Of a DNA stretch of 27,522 nt, positions 10,323 through 23,169 are shown in pieces. Position 1 is the first letter of the stretch. Every line of letters begins with the position of its first letter. The stretch is from Macrostomum lignano (taxonomy: Eukaryota), in contig NIVC01003591.1 of the NCBI GenBank assembly GCA_002269645.1, positions 1-27,522 on the forward strand, written 5' to 3'. A program made the translations under genes and the position numbers. The notes under the pieces are model-generated. The model worked only from the letters and a program-made list of their open reading frames with translations. It was not told where the DNA came from and searched no databases.

Positions 10323-11170
10323 AGTAAGCTGGCTGGCAACGCTGTATCTAACCATGATTTTTTTACAAATAAAGAACGGAAATCAATACTACCTAATACT
10401 GCAACTCCCTTTCAGTGCTTGGACTGCTTGTTCTCATGCTGCTAGCAGCTGTCGGGAGCGTCAATTCCCAGGACCTTGGCTTCGGCTTCTCTCTGAAGTA
10501 CGTCCGCATGTGCCTGAAGCCGGAGTTCACTCGCGAGCTGGCCGCGGACAATGGAACCGCTGAGTTCGTGTGCGCCTCAGCCTGCGCTAGGCTGGGTCCG
10601 AGCTGCCAGGGATTCCAGCTGCCTGCAGGAGGCGCCAAGTGCCGGGCTCTCGTGTTCGACAAGTGCAGTCCGAGCCAGCTGGTCCGCACCGACTGCAGCG
10701 ACTTCGCCTGGACCTTCGTTCGCAACCAGCCGGGCCTGCCGGACGGCCAGCTGTGCCCCGACGGCTTCGGCAGTGGCTACTTCGGCTCCACCTACAAGGT
10801 GGTGAGCGCCGCTAGCTGGACTGCCGGTCGCACAGCCTGCGAGGCGATGCCCGGACTCACCAAATATGCCGACGCCCTGGAGAGAAACGAGACGGCCCAT
10901 TTCCACTGGATCAAGACCAACGTGAACTCTGCCAAAAGCTTCTTCATCGGCGGATACCGGCCAGGAAGCGCGGTCAGCGATCCGTGGTTCTGGCTGGACT
11001 GCAACCTGGGCCTCCTGCCCGAACTCTGGGGACCCGGACAGCCGAACGAAGGCGTCTCTGCCAACCGATTGGACATCTGGTCGACTCACTCGGCCGGAGT
11101 GGAAGATTTGACTGATGTCTACGCTGGAGTCACCATGGCGATGTGCGAGTGCATCAATCCGTTCGCCTGA
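10323..11170 (+). CDS. Secreted PAN/Apple-like + C-type lectin domain protein, 251 aa, join(10323,10416..11170)
   Basis: Signal peptide MLGLLVLMLLAAVGSVNS. PAN-like C.SAC....SCQGF......KC. CTLD motifs CPDGF, W.AG..AC, FFIGG, WFWLD, WGPGQPN, MCE. Uninterrupted GC-rich ORF. Confidence 0.85.
10324..10415 (+). other. Predicted 92-nt GT-AG intron splitting the start codon (A|TG)
   Basis: Donor A|GTAAGC, branch-point-like CCTAAT at 10392-10397, acceptor ctccctttcAG|TG. Confidence 0.7.
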
Positions 11171-11853
11171 CATCTACAGATATGTAATTGTACTATCGAG
11201 TTCCCATTTGACCGAAACATATGCTGTTTGAACAATTCTAATGTCCCATTCACCGCGGAAATGTAGAATTCTGGCGAAAGAGTAAATAATCTAACAATAT
11301 ATTCACGATCGAGACCCTAAACTAGAAAGGCCAGGTGATGCTGTGACACAAAAAACACTTTTCAGAGGCACTAAGGCTATATTTATCAGTTATTTTTTTA
11401 ACTTTGTAGATATATGTTAGACTTGCCGTTACAAGCTCGTGGTCAAATCTGACTGTCGAATATAGTAAATTCGAATTGGAAACTTTTTAATGTTCAACAA
11501 TTCCTATATCGTTGATAATATGATTGCTTTTTTGTCGCAAATTATTTTTAGTATTAAAAACACAGTCGCGTGATAATAAATGTGTTAATATTATCAACTG
11601 ATATTTAACAAAAAACAAGTGTCAAGTGAAAAATGACTTTTCAGCCTTCATTTATCTTGGAGAGTTGAAGTTTCATTTTACTGTCTAAAGGACTTTTTGT
11701 CCCCACATGTGCTTTATATTGATATTAATGGTTTGCATTGACTACCATCTCCCTTGGCTTTCCAGTTGCCTTAATCGTTTCCGGTGATCTTGTGTGCGTG
11801 CTTTCAGCGTGATTGGCTGCGGCAAGCAAGCAAGCTTCGCTCGCTCTTTCTCG

Positions 11854-13204
<1,351 letters not shown>

Positions 13205-13534
13205 GCCAGTCTTTCTGCTTCTCTAACTAGCATTTTACGCGGATGCATAAAATACTATCTTTCTGCATCCTACGAGTGTGTGGGCAATTCAATATGTCGA
13301 TATACTCGCATGCAGCCTCTCTGATTAATAATTCATGTTGCATTGCATCTGCCATGGCTCTTTTTAGCAAACAAGCTAGTAGACAAGCAGTCTGACGCAG
13401 CAGATACAGCTGTCTTTTTCAACCCCCCCCCTGCAACCGTGGGCAGATCCATCCACTATATTAAAAATGAGTTGTCTCTCTACTGAGTTCTATCTAACTA
13501 TCTAGAGTGCCCATTCAATTTTTTTTTGAATGGG

Positions 13535-13765
13535 TAGAACTGCTGTGAGCGCTGCTGTGTTGGACGATGTCGCCAAAGGCGTTGCTTCAGGATGCCCGCA
13601 GCCCCTTCCTGCTATTTTTTGTTATTAAGCCCAAAAATCCAAATAGCTTGATGGCTTGACTAGAATATGTATTCTGGAGTTTGCTAACCAGCAAATGTAA
13701 GCAATACCGCTCTATGCCTGATAATTTTGCCAAAATATTTCATCATTGCTACTTTGACGCTGGTG
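13535..13765 (-). pseudogene. Probable hAT transposase C-terminal dimerisation-domain remnant, copy A (frameshifted by 2 bp relative to copy B)
   Basis: Same sequence as 16722-16950 with an extra 2 nt near 13717. Confidence 0.4.
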
Positions 13766-13816
13766 CTGTGTAATTTGTTTGGAATTTATTCGGAATTTGT
13801 TCGGAGTCGAATGCAG

Positions 13817-14132
<316 letters not shown>

Positions 14133-14342
14133 GTAAACATCAACATTCTAATGTCACTAGCAGGTAGATCGAGATCTGATTGTTGTTTTGACTTTTACGA
14201 GACCAAAGTTTAACAGAATTAATAATTTTGTAAAGGTTGCTGAGCACTCTTCGGTGACATCGCGTCCCATAACCTGAGCACATGCAAGCGCGCAAATACT
14301 GTACGCAGGTACGCACTCATGCACACGCTCACACAGGATCCT

Positions 14343-15390
14343 CGAGGGGTGATCAAAAAGTTCTGCAAGTGACCTCACAACTCAGTGTTACAGCAGCCAT
14401 GGCGTCTAACCAATGTCCCATTCCCACAAAGTACTTTCCATCACCATCTATGCACCTTCGCATGCGTCTGGACCACGTCTAAAAGCAGTCATGGTACTCC
14501 GAAATTGGAATACCCTGTAGAGCTGAATGTACCACTTGGGCAAGGTTTTGTATGCGTGAAAATGGATTTGATCCTCGGGAACAGCCTGGTGCTAGGTCTG
14601 GAGAGTAGGGTGGATGGGGCAGCAGCCGGACCCCCTGCTGCTCCAGGCACGCCATGGTTGAGGCCGCTCTGTGCGGTGCCGCAGTCATGGTACAGCAGGA
14701 GTCAAGGTCCATGCCTGGTTCGCGCACGTTCCTGCCGCTCCTGCAGCACGCCTGGCAGAACAGTGTCTGTGTAGAACCTGACAGTCACTGCGGCACCCGC
14801 TGGAAGGATGTTCACCGATACAACACCCTGAGAGTTAGAAAAAAATGGTGAACATCCGCTTCTGTCTGCGGAATCCGGTCTTCAGCATCTCGGGCCTAGG
14901 CTCATTTTCTGCCAGCCAGACCATGCTAGACTGCTTATCTTTCATGGTAAAGAAGGGGATCCAACATTCGTCTCCTGTGATGACATCCGACAGTCGTCGT
15001 GGGCCGTGGGGCTCAAACATTTGCAGCCACAAGCGACAGATGCGCACCCTCTCTGCTTGCTGCTCCGGGGTGAGAAAATGGGGTACCCACCGAGCGCAGG
15101 TCTTTGTGCGGCCCAGTTGCTCATGCATGATGTTATGAGCACTTCCATAGCTGACACCAAGCTCATAGGCAAGGAATCTCAGCGTAATGCTCCAATCCTC
15201 ACGAATTATTGCATCGACACGGGCCACAACATCTTCGGTCAAGGATGTCCGGGGTCGGCCAGACCTCGGTTTATCGTTAAAACTGTCCCGGCCTCCGAGA
15301 AATGGCGCAGCCAGCGGGCAACCATGTCAAATGATGGAGCAGAGTCAGCTAAAACATTCACCAGATCGGTATGAATCTCAGTCGCTCTGC
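14343..15390 (-). mobile_element. Defective mariner (irritans/Hsmar2-like TIR), copy A; 5' end and start codon missing
   Basis: 3' TIR CGAGGGGTGATCAAAAAGTT at 14343. Transposase motifs ARWVPH.LT, VITGDECW and PYSPDLAP with frameshifts and a stop. Confidence 0.92.
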
Positions 15391-15742
15391 TCTGAATCCC
15401 CGAGTCGTTTCATATGACAAATAAAATAGGAAAGAAGTGACTCTTAACGACTCTAAATGACGAGATGGCACGGTACAAGTCACCAAAGAGTCGCCTAAAA
15501 GTCACTTTGAAGCGTTTTATTGTCTGCGACTGTGAAACGACTTTGGAGCGGTAGAGTCGTACTTGAGGCGTGCTAGAGTCGCTGTAGAGTCTTTAGTGCG
15601 CCACTTCTGAGACGCACTAACCGCATTAGAAGAGTCAGAGTTACAGTTACGCCATAAACACCGAATGTAGCCCATTGAACTCTAATTGCACTCTAACAAG
15701 CCTACTGAGTTAGTAGAAAGTTAAGGACAAAAACAACGATTC
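15391..15742. repeat. GAGTC/GACTC-rich segment at the junction of the two duplicated units
   Basis: 8 GAGTC/GACTC pentamers in 15402-15636; shares motifs with 1-145. Confidence 0.5.
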
Positions 15743-16014
15743 TTGGACAACTTTTTAATGTTCAACAATTCCTATATCGTTGATAATACGAGCGTATGAT
15801 TGCTTTTTTGTCGCAAATTATTTTTAGTATTAAAAACACAGTCGCGTGATAATAAATCTGTTAATATTATCAACTGATATTTAACAAAAAACAAGTGTCA
15901 AGTGAAAAATGACTTTTCAGCCTTCATTTCTCTTGGAGAGTTTTTTTACTGTCTAAAGGACTTTTTGTCCCCACATGTGCTTTATATTGATTTTACTGGT
16001 TTGCATTGACTACC

Positions 16015-16391
<377 letters not shown>

Positions 16392-16721
16392 GCCAGTCTT
16401 TCTGCTTCTCTAACTAGCATTTTACGCAGATGCATAAAATACTATCTTTCTGCATCCTACGAGTGTGTGGGCAATTCAATATGTCGATATACTCGCATGC
16501 AGCCTCTCTGATCAATAATTCATGTTGCAGTGCATCTGCCATGGCTCTTTTTAGCAGACAAGCTAGTAGACAAGCAGTCTGACGCAGCAGATACAGCTGT
16601 CTTTTTCAACCCCCCCCCTGCAACCGTGGGCAGATCCATCCACTATATTAAAAATGAGTTGTCTCTCTACTGAGTTCTATCTAACTATCTAGAGTGCCCA
16701 TTCAATTTTTTTTTGAATGGG

Positions 16722-16950
16722 TAGAACTGCTGTGAGCGCTGCTGTGTTGGACGATGTCGCCAAAGGCGTTGCTTCAGGATGCCCGCAGCCCCTTCCTGCT
16801 ATTTTTTGTTATTAAGCCCAAAAATCCAAATAGCTTGATGGCTTGACTAGAATATGTATTCTGGAGTTTGCTAACCAGCAAATGCAAGCAATACCGCTCT
16901 GCCTGATAATTTTGCCAAAATATTTCATCATTGCTACTTTGACGCTGGTG
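16722..16950 (-). pseudogene. Probable hAT transposase C-terminal dimerisation-domain remnant, copy B
   Basis: EIFWQNYQAERYCLHLLVSKLQNTYSSQAIKLFGFLGLITKNSRKGL resembles the hATC pattern W..N...YP.L..LA.K.L..P.SS...ERLFS..G.I....R..L. By-eye match only. Confidence 0.45.
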
Positions 16951-17001
16951 CTGTGTAATTTGTTTGGAATTTATTCGGAATTTGTTCGGAGTCGAATGCA
17001 G

Positions 17002-17331
<330 letters not shown>

Positions 17332-17526
17332 GTAAACATCAACATTCTAATGTCACTAGCAGGTAGATCGAGATCTGATTGTTGTTTTGACTTTTACGAG
17401 ACCAAAGTTTAACAGAATTAATAATTTTGTAAAGGTTGCTGAGCACTCTTCGGTGACATCGCGTCCCATAACCTGAGCACATGCAAGCGCGCCAATACTG
17501 TACGCAGGCACGCACTCATGCTAATA

Positions 17527-18704
17527 CGAGGGGTGATCAAAAAGTTCTGCAAGTGACCTCACAACTCAGTGTTACAGCAGCCATGGCGTCTAACCAATGT
17601 CCCATTCCCACAAAGTACTTTCCATCACCATCTATGCACCTCCGCATGCGTGTGGACCACGTCTGAAAGCAGTCATGGTACTCCGAAGTTGGTACACCCT
17701 GTAGAGCTGAATGTACCACTTGGGCAAGGTTTTGAATGCGTGAAAATGGCCTCCCACAAATGACGGATTTGATCCTCGGGAACAGCCTGGTGCTAGGTCT
17801 GGAGAGTAGGGTGGATGGGGCAGCAGTCGGACCCCTGCTGCTCCAGGTACGTCATGTTTGAGGCCGCTCTGTGCGGTGCCGCAGTCATGGTACAGCAGGA
17901 GTCGGGGTCCATGCCTGGTTCGCGCACGTTCCTGCCGCTCCTGCAGCACGCCTGGCAGAAAAGTGTCTGTGTAGTACCTGACAGTCACTGCGGCACCCGC
18001 TGGAAGGATGTTCACCGATACAACACCCTGAGAGTTGAAAAATGGTGAACATCCGCTTCCGACTGCGGAATCCGGTCTTCAGCACCTCAGGCCTTGGCTC
18101 ATCTTCTGCCAGCCAGACGATGTTGGACTGCTTATCCTTCATGGTAAAAGAAGGAGATCCAGCATTCGTCTCCTGTGATGACATCCGACAGTCGTTGTGG
18201 GCCGTGGGGCTCAAACATTTGCACCCACAAGCGACAGATGCGCACCCTCTCTGCTTGCTGCTCCGGAGTGAGAAGATGGGGTACCCACCGAGCGCAGGTC
18301 TTTGTGCGGCCCAGTTGCTCATGCATGATTTTATGAGCACTTCCATAGCTGACACCAAGCTCATAGGCAATGAATCTCAGCATAATGCTCCAATCCTCAC
18401 GAATTATTGCATCGGCATGGGCCACGACATCTTCGGTCAAGGATGTCCGGGGTCGGCCAGACCTCGGTTTTTCGTTAAAACTGTCCCGGCCTCCCGAGAA
18501 ATGGCGCAGCCAGCGGGCAACCATGTCAAATGATGGAGCAGAGTCAGCTAAAACATTCACCAGATCGGTATGAATCTCAGTCGCTCTGCAGCCAAGTTGC
18601 AAGCGCATAAAGATGTAAAAGCAAAAAGTGTCTTTTGGTGGTTCCATTAGCTTAATGGAGACTCACTGTGGATATCTTACAGCAGACTTTTTGCAGACTA
18701 CGAG
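17527..18704 (-). mobile_element. Near-full-length defective mariner (irritans/Hsmar2-like), copy B, about 1.18 kb
   Basis: TA + 3' TIR CGAGGGGTGATCAAAAAGTTCTGC at 17525-17550. Transposase start at 18647 (HTH, RSGRPRT, WVPHLLT, VITGDECW). Degenerate 5' TIR gcagactttttg...gag followed by TA at 18705-18706. Confidence 0.9.
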
Positions 18705-18979
18705 TACATCGTTCACAAGGCTTTCACTTTTCTACAGGTAGAAGTATTTAATTAAACAAAGACGGTCCAAGCAAGATTCGAATATTTTGAGAATGCAGAA
18801 TATATATTTTTCGTTTGCCAAAGTTTATATATTTGTGTAATTTACTTCAGATCGGTAAAAGCATTACAAATTTGCTTTTAAGTTGAGTAAATTGAGTTCT
18901 TTGGCAGTTTTGACTAGCACAGTTTAATTCTGAATTGCTCTTCACATCATGAGTTGCTGCATGCCGAGTTTGTCGAATC

Positions 18980-19633
18980 TCAGTTGTAGGCCTCCAACTC
19001 GCAGATGGTGAGATAGTCGTGCTGGTTGACCACGCGAATTTTGCTGCCAAAGGCGTTGCAGGTGAAGTTGGCAACGGAGAACGGCACCGCCAAGTTTACC
19101 TGGTTGCACTCAACTCCGTCCACCTGCAGGGAGAACTTGTTGAGCCGCTCAGGGCAGCAGCCCTGCCTGTTGTAGATGGTGACGTAGCTGATCAGCGATG
19201 GGGCAGCGAGCTGGCCCTCCCACAATTCGGGCAGGTTATTGGTGGTTTGAGTGCAGGAAATACCGGAGAAACTCTGGTTCCTGTTTCCGTCAATAGCGCG
19301 GCCGCAGTTACTTGAGTACGAGCTCTGCTCACAGCCAACAAACTGCAGTCTTTCAATCTTTCTGATGTAAACATCGCACAGTCCGGAGCTCTGCCAGGGC
19401 TGACTGACGAAGGCAGACCAACTGAAGAGTCGGCACAGGCCCTCCAGCCAGCTGAACCCGAAGCAGTCAGCTGCCAGGGCGCATTCCATGGCGCAGCTCC
19501 GAGAGTTTCGGCTTCTGAGGACCTTCGATGCAGCTGGGGCCACGGCGCTTTGGTGTCTTTCAATATAGGAGAGTTTTGTTGCTGTGCACAGGGCTACAGA
19601 GATTAGCAGCGATAGAATAAAGACTTGGCGCAT
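18980..19633 (-). CDS. Secreted PAN/Apple-like + F-type lectin (fucolectin) domain protein, 217 aa, single coding exon
   Basis: Signal peptide MRQVFILSLLISVALCTA. PAN-like SCAMEC...DCFGFSW..GLC.L. F-type motifs QSS, RAIDGN, SCT.T, V.IYNR..CC.ERL, LTICELEAY. Possible ATTAAA signal at 18928-18923. Confidence 0.9.
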   Translation of the reverse strand: MRQVFILSLLISVALCTATKLSYIERHQSAVAPAASKVLRSRNSRSCAMECALAADCFGFSWLEGLCRLFSWSAFVSQPWQSSGLCDVYIRKIERLQFVGCEQSSYSSNCGRAIDGNRNQSFSGISCTQTTNNLPELWEGQLAAPSLISYVTIYNRQGCCPERLNKFSLQVDGVECNQVNLAVPFSVANFTCNAFGSKIRVVNQHDYLTICELEAYN

Positions 19634-19785
19634 TCTCGATGCACTGTAAAGGTTGGATGCTCGGAGGCATGCATCATGGCGAGCACTTAGGTGTAGTTCT
19701 GAGTTATAAACAATTTGAAAGCATTTTTTATTTGTTTTTACAGTTTACCAATAAGAAAGCTACTGTATTCAGGCGATAGAATCAT

Positions 19786-21331
19786 AGATCCTAGATCCCA
19801 GATCCTAGATCCCAGATCCTAGATCCCAGATCCTAGATCCCAGATCCTAGATCCCAGATCCTAGATCCCAGATCCTAGATCCCAGATCCTAGATCCCAGA
19901 TCCTAGATCCCAGATCCTAGATCCCAGATCCTAGATCCCAGATCCTAGATCCCAGATCCTAGATCCCAGATCCTAGATCCCAGATCCTAGATCCCAGATC
20001 CTAGATCCCAGATCCTAGATCCCAGATCCTAGATCCCAGATCCTAGATCCCAGATCCTAGATCCCAGATCCTAGATCCCAGATCCTAGATCCCAGATCCT
20101 AGATCCCAGATCCTAGATCCCAGATCCTAGATCCCAGATCCTAGATCCCAGATCCTAGATCCCAGATCCTAGATCCCAGATCCTAGATCCCAGATCCTAG
20201 ATCCCAGATCCTAGATCCCAGATCCTAGATCCCAGATTCTAGATCCCAGATCCTAGATCCCAGATCCTAGATCCCAGATCCTAGATCCCAGATCCTAGAT
20301 CCCAGATCCTAGATCCCAGATCCTAGATCCCAGATCCTAGATCCCAGATCCTAGATCCCAGATCCTAGATCCCAGATCCTAGATCCCAGATCCTAGATCC
20401 CAGATCCTAGATCCCAGATCCTAGATCCCAGATCCTAGATCCCAGATCCTAGATCCCAGATCCTAGATCCCAGATCCTAGATCCCAGATCCTAGATCCCA
20501 GATCCTAGATCCCAGATCCTAGATCCCAGATCCTAGATCCCAGATCCTAGATCCCAGATCCTAGATCCCAGATCCTAGATCCCAGATCCTAGATCCCAGA
20601 TCCTAGATCCCAGATCCTAGATCCCAGATCCTAGATCCCAGATCCTAGATCCCAGATCCTAGATCCCAGATCCTAGATCCCAGATCCTAGATCCCAGATC
20701 CTAGATCCCAGATCCTAGATCCCAGATCCTAGATCCCAGATCCTAGATCCCAGATCCTAGATCCCAGATCCTAGATCCCAGATCCTAGATCCCAGATCCT
20801 AGATCCCAGATCCTAGATCCCAGATCCTAGATCCCAGATCCTAGATCCCAGATCCTAGATCCCAGATCCTAGATCCCAGATCCTAGATCCCAGATCCTAG
20901 ATCCCAGATCCTAGATCCCAGATCCTAGATCCCAGATCCTAGATCCCAGATCCTAGATCCCAGATCCTAGATCCCAGATCCTAGATCCCAGATCCTAGAT
21001 CCCAGATCCTAGATCCCAGATCCTAGATCCCAGATCCTAGATCCCAGATCCTAGATCCCAGATCCTAGATCCCAGATCCTAGATCCCAGATCCTAGATCC
21101 CAGATCCTAGATCCCAGATCCTAGATCCCAGATCCTAGATCCCAGATCCTAGATCCCAGATCCTAGATCCCAGATCCTAGATCCCAGATCCTAGATCCCA
21201 GATCCTAGATCCCAGATCCTAGATCCCAGATCCTAGATCCCAGATCCTAGATCCCAGATCCTAGATCCCAGATCCTAGATCCCAGATCCTAGATCCCAGA
21301 TCCTAGATCCCAGATCCTAGATCCCAGATCC
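19786..21331. repeat. 14-bp satellite (GATCCTAGATCCCA)n, about 110 copies
   Basis: Direct; two 7-mers differing at one position. The only variant I noticed is C>T at 20238. Confidence 0.98.
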
Positions 21332-22309
21332 CTGCAGACCTACTTGAACTTGAGCTGTTAAAAGGTTATTTTGCAAATTATGCACACTTTCTATATGTCT
21401 CGTATATTCTAGTAGATATTAGAAATTGTAGGTAGGAGTACATATACAAAGCAGTGGCAGTTTAAGACAAAAATGATTGACAGCTTTTATTGGAATTTCT
21501 GTGATGTGCCATTATCAACTAGTAAGAAAAAATCTAACAAATTTCATAGTTTTGGTAATCTATCGTAAATTTATTTTTTATTTGCTTAAATATACCTTTT
21601 AAAAGCTTTTTAATGTTACTATTACATTTAAACTTACTCAAAAGATTTGATGCATTCTCGGGAAGTCTGTATCTGCAGAATTTCATGCAATTAAAATCGT
21701 CGACTTTAATTCAGTCTAGAAATATGTCGTAAAAAACGTCAACCAAAGGCAACAATTTACATGTACTACTTCCACAACAGCTAAAAATAAACCTCTCAGT
21801 GGTAAGGCCTCCAGCATTTTATCCTTGCCCATGGGCATTTTATCCTAGTGATAGCGATAGCGATTGCAATTGCAATGCTCCGAGTCTCTGCTGATACTCG
21901 CGGCTATAGTGTACCTAATGAACTGGTTCAGCAGCAGCAAGAGCGCCTTGTGCAGAGCTGATCGGTGAGCGGTCAAAGTGCCAACATGAGCACGAACTTG
22001 AGCATTGATCGAAGAAGCCACTGATCAATACACATCCACTCATTCTGTTCAAAGATGTCCCCGATCCTGAGAAGATTTTTATATCTGCTATAACCTATAC
22101 GAGGATATTTTCCTAAGAGGACTCGTGTTGGTTCTACTTAAGCTTGTAGTCCTTTGATATTATCTATTTAATAAAATAATATTCATTCAAGAATTGTATC
22201 TAAGCTTCAAAAAAAACCAGCCAAGGCTTCAACGATGCAAAGATTCCGCATAATCCGCCATTCTAGGGTAGTGCACGAGAATAATTGCGAGTGCATTTAA
22301 AGAATCGAG

Positions 22310-23169
22310 ATGAGCGTGTAATACGTCCCTAGACATCACACTCATTCGCAGACTATTTGACGCGCTTGTTACCCCCGTTATCACTTACGGTTGTGAGCTC
22401 TGGGGCCCTCTGGCTACCATGTCTGATACAAAAGCTATTGATAATATTCAGCTGAAATTCTACAAATATCTCCTCAATCTACCAAAATTTGCTAGCAACA
22501 GTGTGATATCATCAGAACTTGAGCTTACTCCAATCTCTCAACGAATCGCTGAAACCTACCTCATCTACTGGCTGAAGATTAGACACAAAAAACTCTGCCA
22601 AACGACTCTAGAAATTTTCTACTCAAGCACCGGCCAAAAAAAATCCATGGAAAATGAATGTACTAAAGAAACTAGAAAGTATAGACCTAAAAGCACTAAC
22701 TGAAGATAAACTTTCCCAAAGCTTTAATAACGAGAAATACCTAGTGAAAAAGCACTTCAAGATACACAGAGAAAGAGAACTTAGCCAAAAGCTAGAGAAT
22801 CAGCAACATATTAAACTCTACAAAAACGCCTATCTCTACAAAAAAATCTGCAGGCCCGACCTTTCAGATTACTTTCCATGTACATTTAGAAACAAAAAAT
22901 TGTTAACAACCCTCCTAAAACTGAAATGCGAGATTACACCCAACTTTTTTTCTCAAGAACCATGTAAAATGTGTGGAGCGCGAAATGGTTCTGACATTCT
23001 ACACTACTTGACTGAATGTCCACAAACTGAAGAGATCAGGAAAAAATACTTCTGTCAATACCTCTTAAATAGCAATCAAATACACAAGATAGGATATGCT
23101 ACAAATGAAAAAAGAGTCAGAAAAGAACTCACTGGTGTAGCTAAAATATATGAAGTCATGAATAGCTAA
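22310..23169 (+). mobile_element. 5'-truncated non-LTR retrotransposon ORF2 3' portion (RT thumb to CCHC), frameshifted near 22650-22700
   Basis: RRLFDALVTPVITYGCELWG, IQLKFYKYLLNL...SN.VI.SELELTPI..RI...YW and CKMCG......LHYLTECP...IRKKY. Clade is possibly RTEX-like but uncertain. Confidence 0.85.

Noticed and set aside
10393-11173. Antisense ORFs over the C-type lectin gene (and 19019-19563 over the F-type lectin gene)
   Set aside because: Shadow ORFs of GC-rich coding sequence.
21915-22075. Exon-like minus-strand stretch (IGDIFEQNEW... / ...SALHKALLLLLNQFIR with an AG|GT donor)
   Set aside because: The two protein-like parts are in different frames with no room for an intron, and I recognise no homologue; would need a translated search.
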